Numbered from the stretch's first letter, positions 12,485 through 26,417 are shown. The stretch is 64,000 nt of DNA from Chrysomallon squamiferum (GCA_012295275.1 CM022670.1:8928001-8992000); one strand, 5' to 3'. Made by a program: numbers and translations. The notes: generated by a model not told the origin, from the sequence alone.

Positions 12485-14747
12485 AAACATTTCTACACTC
12501 GTGGACTTGGCTTTTTAAAGGATATATGCATATGGATGAGAACCATTTGCAGTGAAGTGGATGCTTCTAAAAGAGGTAGAAGTATATGGTCTAAGAGAAG
12601 TGTTTGGTGACTGAGATTGATAACTGATGATCATGGAGGCTTGATTTATGATTGCACTGTTTTGATATTGGATACCTCGGGATGAAAGACAAATGGATAT
12701 ATCTTTTTATGTAGCGGAATTACCTGTTTCCGTGAGTGTTGTTAGATAAACGATAATCAAAATGTATCCTTCCAGGACAACAAATGTATGCAAAATTATT
12801 CAGGATTTGAGTGTGAATTCCAAACGTTGATGATATTTCAATTTGGATTTGGTTTCTGGAATGTTTAGAAAATTCCAGTGTTAAGTGATTAACTCACTGG
12901 TGAGTGTTAATTAAATTTTTTTTTCTCACGTTTATCGGTCATGGAAAACTGCTTTTATTGTTGGTGGATGTGTTTTAGTATTTGGTATATGTTTTGACCA
13001 TAAAATTATTAATTGTCAGAAAATATTGAAATATATTATAAAACTAATATATCGTGTCTAATTATATATTAGACAATCCAGCAAGGAAGAGAAGTAGTAG
13101 AGTTGTAGATGTGGCCATCTACAGTTTAAAACAATATAATTGCAACTTTCGATTTGTCCTAGACAGAGGTTATGCGACACGCATGCTTGGTCAGTTCTCT
13201 GATGCAAGTAAACTAGACATTAGCCAAACCTACGTGACAGTGTGAAAATGTCATTTCAAAATACGAGTTACGATAAAAACAGTTGCTAACAAATTTTCGC
13301 ACAAATCGCCCAAGATAATGAATAAATTGAATTTTTCGCTGCACGTGTGTTATTGTGTATGTGTGTGCGTGTGTGTGTGTGCGTTCTGTGTAATCTCATA
13401 TCATATATAAAAACAGTTTCTCGAATTATCCATTTTCTAAACTTGCTTTTTTAAATATATTCAATTAGCAGTAAAGTGAAAAATTAATACATATATACAA
13501 ACACAAAGGGAAACACATAGATGCATATATACAAACACACACATACATACATATAATCATACCTATACACATACATACATATATACATACATACATATAT
13601 ACATACATTCATACATACATATATACATACATTCATACATACACACATACATTCAAATATACATCAATACATTAACATACTTGCAATCATATATAATAAA
13701 GTGGCATTTATTAATTCAACAAAATTCATTCACAGTAAGAAATGTTAGTACAAATGATAAAAGTTTAGCATAAAACTTGATACTGACACGAAGTTTAAGA
13801 AAATTAATAATAACCATATTATAATACATAATGTAAATTATTGTTGTTTTTGACTGTTTTGTTTTTATTCTGTTTTTGTGGGGGTTTGTTGTTTGCTTTT
13901 TCTTTGTTTTATTTGTTTTGTTGTTTTTTATTCTTGAAAAAAATAAGTACAAATAAATAATAAATAATAAAAAAAAAATTATACAAATAAATAAATAAAT
14001 AAATAAATAAATATTCATGCAGACAAATAAATTAATTAATAAACAACTAAACTGTTCAATAAGAGGATAATTTTATAATATAAAACATTTTATCTTTTTT
14101 TTGACAACATAAAACAATAATAATAATAATAATAATGTTGATGATGATGATAACAACAACAACAACAACAACAATAATAATCATATGAATAACTAGAAGA
14201 AAAAAAAAGATAATGAAGAAGATGCTGATAATTAATAATAAGAATAAGAATAAGATAATGATGATTATTTTTATGAGTAATAATAATTAGAAGAAAACAG
14301 TTGTAATCATGATGATGAAACTAATGCAACAGTAACAACAGTCATTACAGGAAATACTTAAATTAAAATATCATATTTATATATCCTAGCAATATCTCCA
14401 CAGCCCTTCACAGACAAAAATCACCTTTTTGCAAACAAGAGTAACTTAAATACATGTTTTATTATTAACCCGAAATGACAGTAACTGTGCTACTCACCAG
14501 AATCACTTGGAAGTTCTGAAATCACCGAGGATTTCCCATTGTTCTTAATCTCTGCCTTTTCTTTATTGTCCAACAAATGGGTGACTTCGTCCGACTGAGA
14601 GAAGTCCGTTGTCTTCACTTCCACCTCAGCTGGTTTGTTCACCTCGTTGGAATCTGCTGTCTTGGATCCTTTGTATGACTTCCTTTCAGAGACAGTTTCC
14701 TGAGGTTCCTTGCCAATTTTTTTCAGCAGTTTTCGAAAAGGGAACAT
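491..14747 (-). CDS. OTOP: Otopetrin-family proton channel, paralogue A (spliced, 653 aa)
   Basis: Manual join (minus): 14747-14498, 8195-8060, 7205-7091, 6075-5868, 4609-4449, 4002-3801, 3343-3233, 1269-491. All introns are GT-AG and phases match; 1962 nt open. Otopetrin motifs: [77 protein letters not shown]. Confidence 0.93.
3233..3343 (-). CDS. OTOP: Otop-A exon 7
   Basis: ccag|...[36 protein letters not shown]|gtaaac; 111 nt; not in the ORF track. Confidence 0.92.
3801..4002 (-). CDS. OTOP: Otop-A exon 6
   Basis: ttacag|[39 protein letters not shown]...ETK|gtacac; 202 nt. Confidence 0.9.
4449..4609 (-). CDS. OTOP: Otop-A exon 5
   Basis: ccag|[19 protein letters not shown]...[14 protein letters not shown]|gtaagc; 161 nt, the same length as in B and C. 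Confidence 0.93.
4617..5190. repeat. A-rich low-complexity / (AAAAT)n tract
   Basis: Nearly pure A/T run. Similar tracts lie at 16090-16390, 17280-17550, 22720-23210 and 59460-59640. Confidence 0.9.
5868..6075 (-). CDS. OTOP: Otop-A exon 4
   Basis: ttcag|[11 protein letters not shown]...[18 protein letters not shown]|gtaagt; 208 nt. Confidence 0.93.
6105..6490. repeat. (TACA)n/(TA)n microsatellite
   Basis: Imperfect tetra/dinucleotide array. Similar arrays lie at 10065-10415, 13500-13680 and 32640-33045. Confidence 0.9.
7091..7205 (-). CDS. OTOP: Otop-A exon 3 (TM1)
   Basis: ccag|[38 protein letters not shown]|gtgcac; 115 nt, as in B and C. Confidence 0.92.
7750..8040. repeat. About 105-bp tandem repeat, 2-3 copies, with (GAT)n/(CAA)n
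   Basis: gatgaaaatggtgctaaataattaatcttgcata...ttca.aacaacaacaacaacagtaat.aatgaatgaca repeated. Confidence 0.8.
8060..8195 (-). CDS. OTOP: Otop-A exon 2
   Basis: ttcag|...[30 protein letters not shown]...EHL|gtaaga; 136 nt, phase 1 to 2 as in B. Confidence 0.85.
12112..12213. repeat. 45-bp tandem duplication
   Basis: caattaaaaaataataaacgaacgcaatcc.tttgcagataaaag occurs twice. Confidence 0.9.
14498..14747 (-). CDS. OTOP: Otop-A first coding exon (cytosolic N-terminus)
   Basis: ATG 14747 [10 protein letters not shown]...SELPSDS-G|gtgagt. Ends SDSG in phase 1 like Otop-C exon 1. An upstream acceptor at 14763/14762 implies a 5' UTR exon (candidate donor gtaagg at 15143). Confidence 0.78.
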
Positions 14748-16112
14748 ATCGATGATGTGGACTGTATATATATATATATATGTATTTCGATTTTTAATTC
14801 ATTTATTGTTTATGAATTATTTTTTCTTTTTGCCTGGGTGTTGTCAGATAATAAGTAATTGAAGTACAATTAAACAGCTTCACCGTGAAACGGAATATTT
14901 AGTGAAAGAATTAAAGAAGAAGAAGAAAAAAAAAAAAAAGCAACAACAGATCACGTGATAAAATATAGGGCACTCATCTAGTATGAAAATCCTGGAAGGT
15001 CATTTTTTTTTTTTTTTTTAACACAGTGGTTATCGCCCTCTCCTGTTTGTCTTTTTTACACGATAATAATAATAATAATAAAAAAACATCAGAGACAGAA
15101 TAAAAAAATCTATACATAAATGACGATTAACATGTAGCCTTACCAGGCTTGCAAAACGATCCTTGGTGTAAGGTTTTAAGCTTTGCTTTATTTCAGCTGT
15201 GGATACGATTGCCTGTGAAAGGCGAAGACGACTGTTTATTGTCGCTCTAGGGTCGCCGCGAAATATCGGGTTTCTCTCACAGGACTGACGGAAAATGGAG
15301 AATGAAGTCGTCGCGTAGATCTGGGGGATGACCACTGTTCAAGTAGACGATTCTCGCAGAGAGATGTCGACTCAGTAGCAGTGACTGTGTTATTAACCAA
15401 CATTCGTAAACCAGATAGAGAATCGTCTTGCGATAGAGTTCTGTTATTTCATTTGTGCTGTCCATTTCGAATAAATTACTGATGTTTCAGTAACTACATT
15501 AACTACATTTAATATAAATGATGTTACAGATGTCTTCTTTATAACATAGTCTATTATCATCAGCGTAAATAGTTTTTTTCAGTTTTTTTGTAGTTTTGTT
15601 GTAGTTGTTGTTAATAATCTTTTCATTATTATTATTATTATTATTATTATGCATAGATATCTACATAATAAATATATATATAATTTTAAAATTTATCATC
15701 AAAAACAAAATATTTTCAATACATGTATATTCAGAATAAATCCTTGATATTTTACAGGGAAATTAGGCAGATTCGACTGATTGGGAGAAGACAGCGTTTA
15801 TGTAATTTTGCAGTACGGATCCGTAAACTTTTACGAGAAAGTAAATTTAAAATCCACAGCCACTGATTTACCTGAATATATTCGCGGTGCTCAGCTTTAG
15901 AGCATAGAATTTGTATTCACTGAAGTAAGTGATTGTACAGATTGAGATGTTTAGAAATCACGTTGTTCATCGGCTTACCTTTTTGTAAACAATCCCACCA
16001 GCATAAGTGAAGAATTCCAGAAACTGTAACTTGCCTCTGACTAACTCTTTTCTGCACTGTGCAGAATGAATTGTATCTTCTACGCTTTATTATTATTATT
16101 ATTATTTATTTA

Positions 16113-16177
<65 letters not shown>

Positions 16178-16265
16178 TTATTATTTATTTATTTATTTAT
16201 TTATTTATTATTATTATTATTATTTATTTATTATTATTTATTTATTTATTTATTTATTTATTATT

Positions 16266-16301
<36 letters not shown>

Positions 16302-16317
16302 TTATTATTATTTATTT

Positions 16318-16375
<58 letters not shown>

Positions 16376-16668
16376 TTTTTTATTTTTTGGACTCGATTCT
16401 AAAAGCAGATACACTCCTACACAATTTGTTTTTCTTTTCTTTCAGTTTTTAGGGGTTTTTTTAATCTCTTTTACCCCTTGATTTATATTATATATCATCT
16501 TTCTAATACTTCTATAGGGAGATTAAGTTTTCTCTCTCTTTGTTCGGTACTTTTATACACCCACGTATATATATTTCCAAATTTCCTTCTATTTCAATTT
16601 ATTCAGTATGACATTTAATATTCAAGCGCTTCTTGAAACTGTTCTTTTTTTCATCTACTTTTGTAGCA

Positions 16669-16723
<55 letters not shown>

Positions 16724-17283
16724 TAACAACAGAAATAATGATAATAATTATAAAAATAACAATAACAACAACAACAATAATAATAATAATAATAATAATA
16801 AACAAATTATTTAATTTTTTCTTTGCACTCCTATATTTCACTCATTTTTTAAATTCAGAATTCATTTCAGTTTATTTTCTTTCCTAGTTTATGTTATTAT
16901 TATTATTTTTAAAATTATTTTTACAGATAAAGAAAAAAACGAAGAAAGAAGAAAAACACAGTCTGTGTATGTGTGTGACTGTGTGTGTGTTATATACATA
17001 TAATAATACATTTTGATGAATTTTGTAAAGATTTTATTTCATATTATGTATTCAGTGTATAAAATTAACAGACAGTACATTGCAATAGTATTAAACTGAT
17101 CAGACTGTTTATTAATAAAATATTCAATCATCCAATAGAAGATGACTGAATAAAGTTTTTTCATAATGTCATTGTTATAATTCCCTTTGTGTCTCCCAAA
17201 CAAAGGTCAAAATTAAAAACCCCTTTCAGTATTAATAACACAGAAGAAATTGTGCGAATGGAAGTAAATCAATAAGAAAATAA

Positions 17284-17347
<64 letters not shown>

Positions 17348-17468
17348 AATTATGAATAATTATATAATAATAAATATATAAAAAATAAATAATTAGTAAA
17401 TAAAAAAAAAAAAATAATAAATAAATAAATAAATAATTAGTAAATAAATAAAAAAAAGAAATACTTAA

Positions 17469-17524
<56 letters not shown>

Positions 17525-18013
17525 AATAAATTTAAAATTAAAATAAAAAGTATATTATAATGATGTATTTTTGTCTCCATGGTTAAAATATGCATTGTAT
17601 TTTCGATCACAACAATAACAAATTATTTACTAAGGCTATAGTTCATAAAAGAACAAAAAACGTAAAAAAACACATGTATCTATATACTGAATTTAAAATA
17701 TTAGTAATATTCGAGGATAACAGAATTAAAAATGTGCCATTTATTAATATATAGCTCCTGGTGTAATTAAAATATCCGAATAAATAACAGTAACAGTACA
17801 TGGGTTAAAAACATTTTAAAAACAATATGCTTGGGTTGGATAGTCCAAGCTACAAGTCTGTGATAATATATTGTGTTAGAATTATTACAAGTGTTGGGAC
17901 AGTGTTCGGCGAGGTAGAATTTTAGAGGTTTACAAAAACACAGTTTATTAATATTATTTCTCAAACATTTTTTTTTTTTTTTAAATTAAAAAAAATAAAA
18001 ATTTAAAAAAATG

Positions 18014-18798
18014 TCAAATTAAACCTCGCTTTCGTTTCCAAGCATGCTTCCAAACGTTCGATAAACAGACAGTTGAATGGAAACGGTAAAAAATTGCCAG
18101 CGGGCTGGAAAGATGAGCGAAAATGTTCCACGGCAGGGTTCCGTAAAACCGTATCTGCACGGGATTCGCCTCCGACTGCTGCACTTCGAAAGAGTTGATG
18201 ATCCACATGCCGATGTTCGCCATCAGAAGAAACGTCACAAACTCTCGCCCTGGCTTGGTTTTCTCCTGTTCTTTCAGATGCGCGCACCGCCGCAGCGAGT
18301 TGAGCATGAAGACGGTCTGAATGGTCGCCTGAAACATCCGCAGGACGCTGGACACGATGATCAGAATGCTCTGCGTTCGTCCTGGAACGAACGATCCGGC
18401 GATGATGCTGAAGAGAGAGAAGATGTAAATCCCAGCCAGAGCAAGGACCATCAGGTTCTGTTCCAGGTCCATTCCCTTTCCAGGAATGAACTTGAGACAG
18501 TTCATCTTGTAGAAGGCGATGATAACGGTCACCGAGGTGATGATGTAGATGACGATCTCGAAGAGGTACTCGAGCATGACGGCCGTTTCTTTCCCGTTGT
18601 TGGAGTGGACGAGGACGAAGAAGACGATGACGGTGATGACGACGGCTATCATGACGAGGATTCCGAGAAACAGACCTCGGCTTGAGCCAGTGCAGTCGAG
18701 ATTCATTCTCTGCGCTTTTATTTTAGCCTCCACCAGTTCTTCTTGGTCCTGACTGATACCTTTCCTGCCGATATTTCTCCACATGATATAGAGAATAC
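18014..18798 (-). CDS. OTOP: Otop-B exon 8
   Basis: tatag|GILYIMWRNIG...[25 protein letters not shown]. Confidence 0.95.
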
Positions 18799-18854
18799 CT
18801 ATAAGTATAATAAGAAAAAACGTTTATTGTTTGTTAGTTTATTTATTTATTTTT

Positions 18855-18914
<60 letters not shown>

Positions 18915-20745
18915 TTTTATTTTATTTTATTTATTTATTCGCTTACTTACTTTCAAGCATGCTTTTAAGACGAATTTACTTTACATGTATCTGATCATAA
19001 AAAGTTAAATTTAATTACAGATTTTTAAAAATCTCTTTAGGAAATTCTTATTCCCCCGTTTTCATCATGATATTAATTTATCGATGCTTAATCATGTACT
19101 AATACAATTTTTTTTTTTTTTTTTTTTTTTTTTTAGTGTTCCTAAGCCATCCGAAAGTGGTAAAAGTATTGACTGCAAGATCTTTCTCTATACATAATTA
19201 AGAATAATACAAACTGGTAAGCAAAATATAATAATTGCTACCTGCACATATCAGGCTGTATTCAATGCTGCATGGGTACAAATATGGACTCGATTCTTCC
19301 ACAACTTGTCTCATCAGGTTGTCTCTTTTACAAATATAAGGATTCAATACGGTGGTATGGTGTGCTGTAACAATGATAGAAAAATCTGAGTATTTGCCAA
19401 AAATTTACATACAGATACTCTAAATCGAATGTAGCCTCCCCTCCTACGCAATTCTAAAATTTCATGAGCAAACGTTGTGTGCAGAATGTAGAAATGATAA
19501 TCAAAAAGCTGTATTTCAGATCCTAAATGTGCTGGAAATGGAAAATTTCTCCTATGATTTAAATGGAAATAATACCACGGTGTTATAATGATTTTAAAAT
19601 GAAGAAGAAAAAAGAAATCAGAGACAATATTTTTGCTGATTAATAAGTGCTGATTTATTTTCGATTGTTTTAATGAAGTGAACAACACCAACAACAACAA
19701 CAACAACAACAACAATAATAATAATAATAATAATAATAAATAACAAGAAGAAGAAAAACAACAATAACAACAAACACTAAAACCACCATTATTATCACAA
19801 CAACAACACCAAAACAATAACAACAGTAACAACTGCAACAACAACAATAATAATAATAATAATAAGAGAACTAATTAATAACAAAAATCAGCTAATTACA
19901 GACTGTTGGGTATAATTATACTTACGTGTTGGGAGCGTGTGATGCACCAAATGTGACGAGTTTTTCAAATCTCTGACGTGACGCTGTATGTCTGGTGATT
20001 GTTCTGACACAGACTGCTTCCCGTGACCCTTGTTAGTCCACTCTATTTCGTGAATCTCTTCGAGGGTTTCGTCCACGATGTTTCCCAGCCACACACAAAG
20101 GTTGGTGGCGACCATGTGCATGAAGCCAAACCTGGAAACGATCTTGTAGGTCTGAACGCAGATCTGAAATAACAACGTTTTATAAATTAATAAACTGTTA
20201 TTATTACTGTTTTCCTTGTTGTTGTTGTTGTTATTATTATTATTATTATTATATTGTTTTATTTTATTTTATTATTTAATTTTGCATTATATTACACTAC
20301 ATTACATTATATCATATCATATCATTTCATTCTATTTCATATCATTTCATATCATATCATATATCATATTTTATTATATATATTTTATTATTATTCATTT
20401 TATTTAACTTTAAAATTTATAATGAAACATATAATGAAAATTATATCCACAATTTTCCCACCAGGACACAAAACCAGTATCTATCAGCTTTCATTCTTAC
20501 TTTTCTTTAAACGAAAAACATTCAGCTCGAGTAATCGAGATATTAAAGAGAGAAAACTTTACCTTTGAATGAAGAAAAACGAAATAAAGCTGACCAAACG
20601 TGAAGATCAGATGAACGATGGGACGAATGCCATAAATGACTTCATCACACATTTTTCTCAGATTTGACTCAAAATAATCTCCAAATATCAAACCACTCAT
20701 TATCATGCTGCCTATACCAAAAGCTGTAAATGAAACATTAATTTT

Positions 20746-20780
<35 letters not shown>

Positions 20781-22024
20781 CAAAATGTTTCAAATATATT
20801 TTTATTTCAATGAGATAAATAATAAGAAATTGGTACCGAAATACTAGATAGGTAGTTAAAATCCAAAGATATAACGAAACAGCTAATTAAAATTAACATT
20901 AACTTTTTGTAATAATAATCATAAAAGCCAACTTTATTTAAATACAAAATATAAAACTGAAATTTAATTGATATTAATAATCATAATTAATTCATATTAA
21001 TCATTTCTCTTGGTTAGAAATACATATTATTAAAGCAAAACATTTTATATCACTTAAATCGGTAAACTGTCAACAATAATAAAAATTAACGTTCACTTTA
21101 AATTAAATTATAATAAATAAAACAGAACCCAAAATTATGTTAATTAAAGTAAATTAATTATGAATTTAAACATCAAAACCATTTATAAAATTATAAAATA
21201 AAAGTTAGTAATTTGGATTGAATAATAATTAAAAAAATAATAATAAAAAAAAAAAAAAAGAAATAATTTTTAATAAAATTAACATTATGTCTATATGTTT
21301 GTTTAATAGTTAAAATATTATTTATTTATTTGTTTATTTATTTATTTATTTTTTGTTTTACTTAAATATACTAAAATGCATGAAACTTACCAACTGCACC
21401 AAGTCTGAGGTAGAAACTTCCGGTATGCGAATGCGGCGAATCGTCAAAAGAGAAGTTCCGGTTAAAAGATTTCCGACAGAGGGCGATAATCGTCGAATTC
21501 TTCTGTTTCTTTCGACAGGGCAGATCACATCGTTTAGTCCTCAGAACAAACATGTAAATAAAGAGTAAGAAAACATTGCTGCCAACGAACAAGTAGATGT
21601 AGAATCCCTGAAATAAAGAAAATACCTGTTATGAATATAATGATTGGTAAAAGTTCACTGATATTCATGTTTTATAAATAGTGAAATTCGTTTCAGATTT
21701 TTTTCTTTTGCTTTGTTTTGTCTTACAGGAATACATTAACATTTTCAATTTATTTATTTATTTTTTTATTTATTTTTTTTTTTAAATTTCCAAATGAATT
21801 AATATTTAGAAGATTACAATTTTACGTAAGACAGGAGTATTAGTAAAATAATTTATATTACCTAACCTCCGCAGAAATACCTATCACTGTATGCAAAACA
21901 ACTTTATGTATATATATGTATGTTTGTGTTTGCATCTATATGTTGTATGTACATATACATATGTATGAACGTATATATTTATATATGTGTGTATGCATGT
22001 ATGGTCATAGTAAATATGTAGGTG

Positions 22025-22063
<39 letters not shown>

Positions 22064-22079
22064 TGTGTGTGTGTGTGTT

Positions 22080-22115
<36 letters not shown>

Positions 22116-22470
22116 GTTGTCTGTGTGTTGTTGTCTGTGTGTCTGTGTGTACCTGAAATAAGTACGATCTGCCTTCGGTGGTGAAAGGTTCTGACACAGG
22201 AATGACAGCTCCAAGGATTACAAGCAACATGGCGTACAACGCACTCAGGTTCATAAACAAATTGTCACTACAAACAAACGTGAACACTGGTTATAGCGTT
22301 AAAACAACCTGTCGTGTAATAAAATACGTTGCAATTTTATTTGGCTTTTTTTTTTTTTTTTATTGTTGTTGTTTTACATCTTTCTAAACAAAGAAATTTG
22401 ATAAATATTAAATGAATTTTATTTTTTTTAATTTATTATTTTTTAATTTTATAAGTTTTTTTTTTTAAAG

Positions 22471-22515
<45 letters not shown>

Positions 22516-23646
22516 TTAACAATGCAAAACTTCACTGGTACTTTATTTTGAATTTAACTGTAGATAGTATGAGGTTTTTTAATAATTTTTCATTACAATA
22601 ATTACAGGAGCGAATTCAAGAATTTAGAAAGATGATGAGTATAACATTCAAGATGAAACGTGTTTTATTAAAAATGATAATAATGTATATAATAATAACC
22701 GCTAACAAAAAACAGAACAAAAAAATAGAACAGAATAGAATAAATTAAAAACAAAAATAAAATAATAAAAAAACAAAATGAAAAAATAAAAATAAAATAA
22801 TAATAAAATAAAATAAAATAAAATAAAATAAAATAAAATAAAAATAAAAATAAAAATAAATAATAATAAATTAAAATGAAAAAATAGCAATAAAATTAAA
22901 TGAAAAAATAAATAAATAAATAAAAATAAAAAAAAAAAAAAAAAAAAAATAAAATAAATTGAAATAAAATAAAATAAAATAAACAAAATAAAAATAAAAA
23001 TAAAAAAATAATAAATTAAAATGAAAAAATAGCAAGAACAATTCAATTTAAAATAAATAAATAATAAATAAATAAATGAATGAATAAAATAATTTAAAAT
23101 AAAATAATAATAAATAATTATTATTATAAAAACAAAATGAAAAAATAATAATAAAATTAAATTTAAAAAAAATTATAATAATAAAAGAAAATAAAATAAA
23201 ATATAAAAAGAAAGAAAAGGTGGGTTCCCTGTTATGTGTTTATAAATAAAAATACAAAAAAACTTACACCAAAGATTCATGGGACACTTCGTTCTTGTGG
23301 GGGTACATGGGGGATGACTTCTTCAGGATCGGTGTGGGGGGCGGCGAATCTAAGAGAAAAGATTCGTCAGACAGAGAAGGGCTGGTCAAACTTCTACCAA
23401 TGTCTAACAGTGAAACAAAGAAAATAAAAATAAAATTATATATATATACACATAAATAATGGGGAAAAAAGCAAGGAAATAAGACTAGAGAATAAGAGAA
23501 ACATCCAGTTTTAAAACGTAATATTACATTATATATGTTGGTGTTTTTTATTTTTATTTTTTTCCGTTCATATAGATCATATTTAATTCATACTTGTTTT
23601 AATTTTTATTTTATTTAATTTGAGTTTTGTTTCATTTTATTTTATT

Positions 23647-23695
<49 letters not shown>

Positions 23696-25241
23696 AATTG
23701 TAACATTTTATATAAAAACGAATGCAGTATATTTAATATTCATTTTATTTCTTTAATTATCTTGAAGCTAATGATACTGAATTTTAACCAAACAAATATA
23801 AACAAATGAAGGAAAATGTTTTTGATAAGAAGAATTTTTTTTTATTTTTTATGTTTGCCTTAAAATGTAAAATTTTAAATATCCAACACTCTGAATTGTT
23901 TTGTAGCTCGAAATATTTTTTATTCATTCAATCATTCGTTCATTCAGTCGTTCATTTATTCATCCATTCATCAAGTTATTAACTCTTCTTCATATTTTAA
24001 TATCTAAAATTAGAATTAAGTGTATACTGCTGTTTTTGTACGATGATAATAAGAAAGGAGAGCCTCAGCCGTCAATTTATTTACACTGATTAGCAATAAA
24101 GGATCTCATATGTATACCTTTCCATAGACAGAAAAAAAAGATATTTATATGGTATTCGATAAAAAGGCGTGTTGGAACGGGAAATAGCCCAATGTAAGTA
24201 ATGAATGGGATTGATCCTATGACATATGCTCATGTATTTATGAGTTGAAGTTCAGTAGTTTATAGAAATACCAATTCAGATACTATAATTCTTTTTATTA
24301 TGTGCTACGTATCTTAAGTTACGTATTAAATAACACAAAAGCTATTCGGGAAAAGGAAACAAAAAAAGAAAAAGAAAAGAAATATACATTTAAAAAAAAA
24401 AAAAAAAAAAACAGCATCGAAAACAAATATGGTTTTGTCAAGATATCATGCTTCAGTGATTTTTGAAATTGATAATATTTGTTCTTCTTCTTTCTTTTTC
24501 ATTCTCCCTCTTTCTATTTATTAGCGATATAATTAGTTAAAAAAAAATGTTTTAAAAAAGATAAAAAGGAAGAAAGAAAGAAAGAAAAGAAAAACAAAGA
24601 AAGAAATCCTAAAACAAAATATAAATAAATAAATCAGATCATCATTATTACTAGTATTATAAAGTGAAAAAAAAAAAAAAAAAAAAAAGTGATAATAAAA
24701 TACTTGAATTTATTTATATATATATTTTTTTTTTATTAATTTGCTTGGTTTTTTTTTGTTTGGTTTTTTTCTTTTTTCAATATTTTTTTTTTAAATAATT
24801 TAATGTTTGGGCTGGTTACAAAACTGAGATGCATTGTTTGTTTATTTCATTTGAATTAAATAAACAGCATTTTTTTTTTAAAAAAAAAAAAAAAATATCA
24901 ACATATTAACTCTAAGCATACGTTCTTGTCTCTTCACAAAGTTTGCAGAAAATGTAATTCTTCTAAGACAAACCTGTTTGTCAAAACCACTCAAAAAAAA
25001 CACATGACAGGTTATTTAACGAACACATCAAATCAGGTAAGAAAAAAAAAAAAAAATCACGCGTATACTCACGAGGACCTTTCACAAAATCCATGTTGGA
25101 AATTTCACTGCTGCTGGACGTGCTCGGCAGATAAAAACTCGTTTTCTTTGGAACATTTGGCTCCAGATTCAGACGGAGAGTATTCTTCGTCGTTTCTTCA
25201 GCTGCTGTAGATTTTTTGTCGTCTGCTTCTTTGTTCGACAT
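18014..25241 (-). CDS. OTOP: Otopetrin-family proton channel, paralogue B (spliced, 647 aa)
   Basis: Join (minus): 25241-25073, 23403-23268, 22267-22153, 21607-21391, 20723-20563, 20163-19926, 19364-19242, 18798-18014. All GT-AG, 1944 nt open, same motifs and phases as A. Confidence 0.93.
19242..19364 (-). CDS. OTOP: Otop-B exon 7
   Basis: ttacag|[40 protein letters not shown]|gtagca; 123 nt. Confidence 0.92.
19926..20163 (-). CDS. OTOP: Otop-B exon 6
   Basis: ttcag|[25 protein letters not shown]...HHTLPT|gtaagt; 238 nt. Confidence 0.92.
20563..20723 (-). CDS. OTOP: Otop-B exon 5
   Basis: ttacag|AFGIGSMIMSGLIFGDYFE...[11 protein letters not shown]|gtaaag; 161 nt. Confidence 0.93.
21391..21607 (-). 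CDS. OTOP: Otop-B exon 4
   Basis: ttcag|GFYIYLFVGSNV...[13 protein letters not shown]|gtaagt; 217 nt. Confidence 0.93.
22153..22267 (-). CDS. OTOP: Otop-B exon 3
   Basis: tgtag|[38 protein letters not shown]|gtacac; 115 nt. Confidence 0.92.
23268..23403 (-). CDS. OTOP: Otop-B exon 2
   Basis: gttag|IGRSLTSPSLSDESFLLDSPPPTPILKKSS...HESL|gtaagt; 136 nt; not in the ORF track. Confidence 0.87.
24085..24230. mobile_element. Degenerate SINE-like interspersed repeat
   Basis: Contains tagcaataaaggatct...tccatagacag...ggaacgggaaatagcccaat...gggattgatcct. Related degenerate copies lie near 10485-10612, 30950-31270 and 43215-43340. From recall, this resembles gastropod tRNA-derived SINEs; not verified. 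Confidence 0.45.
25073..25241 (-). CDS. OTOP: Otop-B first coding exon
   Basis: ATG 25241 MSNKEADDKK...DFVKGP|gtgagt (phase 1). In-frame stop upstream; acceptor at 25388/25387. Confidence 0.8.
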
Positions 25242-26344
25242 TCTGCCGCCGCTGGATGTACGACTGACGCCTGCTGCAAACCGACTCGCCAATTCGTCGC
25301 GGCTCCGGCGAGAAAAATATCGTTTTCTTTCGGCTAACCCCCTATCTGATGTCTCTCAGGCGATCTTCCATGTTGTGGGTATCCACCTAGAACAGGATAC
25401 ACGTATTAAGTTACCGAAACGCAATCAGTAAGTTCAAATGAGACGTTTGAACAAGAGAGAATGAACAACAAACTGTCATCAACTTAGAAATGACGATTTG
25501 GTTGTTGTTGTGGGGGGTTTTTAATTTTTTATTTTTTTTTTTTGTTTTAGAATTTTCTGACACCTGTAACCGTTCTCTGTTTGTCTTTCTGTATCATGTG
25601 AGCCGTTTCGAATGCTCGAAATCGCAGCAAATGTAAGCGATGATTAAACGCTTAGCCACAAATCGTGTGCAGCGAAGCACAGCGACCATTCGACGTGTGT
25701 TCAGGATGTCGGTTATTGTCTGAAACTTGTTTGGTGAGCTTTCCCGAAAAGCCAATCTCCTGCTGTGAGGAACAGAAAATCTTGGGATGTTATTATTATT
25801 CGACCGCATGTCCATAACGGACTTCAAGTTCATGGCTTCGTGTACTATATTTTGTCTTGTCTTGTCTGGCTGTTTACAAAATATCAGCGGTGTTGATCTG
25901 AATGTGCAGGAAGATAACATATTTCCCTGTTCGCATAAAAATTCATTCTTACATTCATGCAGTTATAAATGTTTTCGTGCATTTATCACTGATTATATCA
26001 TTCACTCACACATTTATTAATCATTTAGGACAACTTGACATGCATATATTTATTTTTATTATTATTATTCTTCCTTTTTTTTTTATTTGTTTGTTTTTTT
26101 TTTTTTTTGGTCGATTGCTTCATTTCTTTATTAATACATTGAAATAATGATGAATAAATGATGTTATATATTTTTATTACTGATGCATTTTCATATTTGT
26201 CACAGCTACACATTACAAAGTAAGAAAGATAGTCAAACAGATGGATAAACACAAATATAACAAATATCATCTTTTAATTCTACTGTAAAATCATTTCTGC
26301 ATACATATAACGATGGACGTGTTTATATATACGCACGCACAGAT

Positions 26345-26417
<73 letters not shown>

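Noticed and set aside
25787-26020. Plus-strand ORF with a signal-peptide-like stretch (MASCTIFCLVLSGCLQNISG)
   Set aside because: No convincing donor or downstream exons and no recognisable domain. It overlaps the likely 5' region of Otop-B on the opposite strand.
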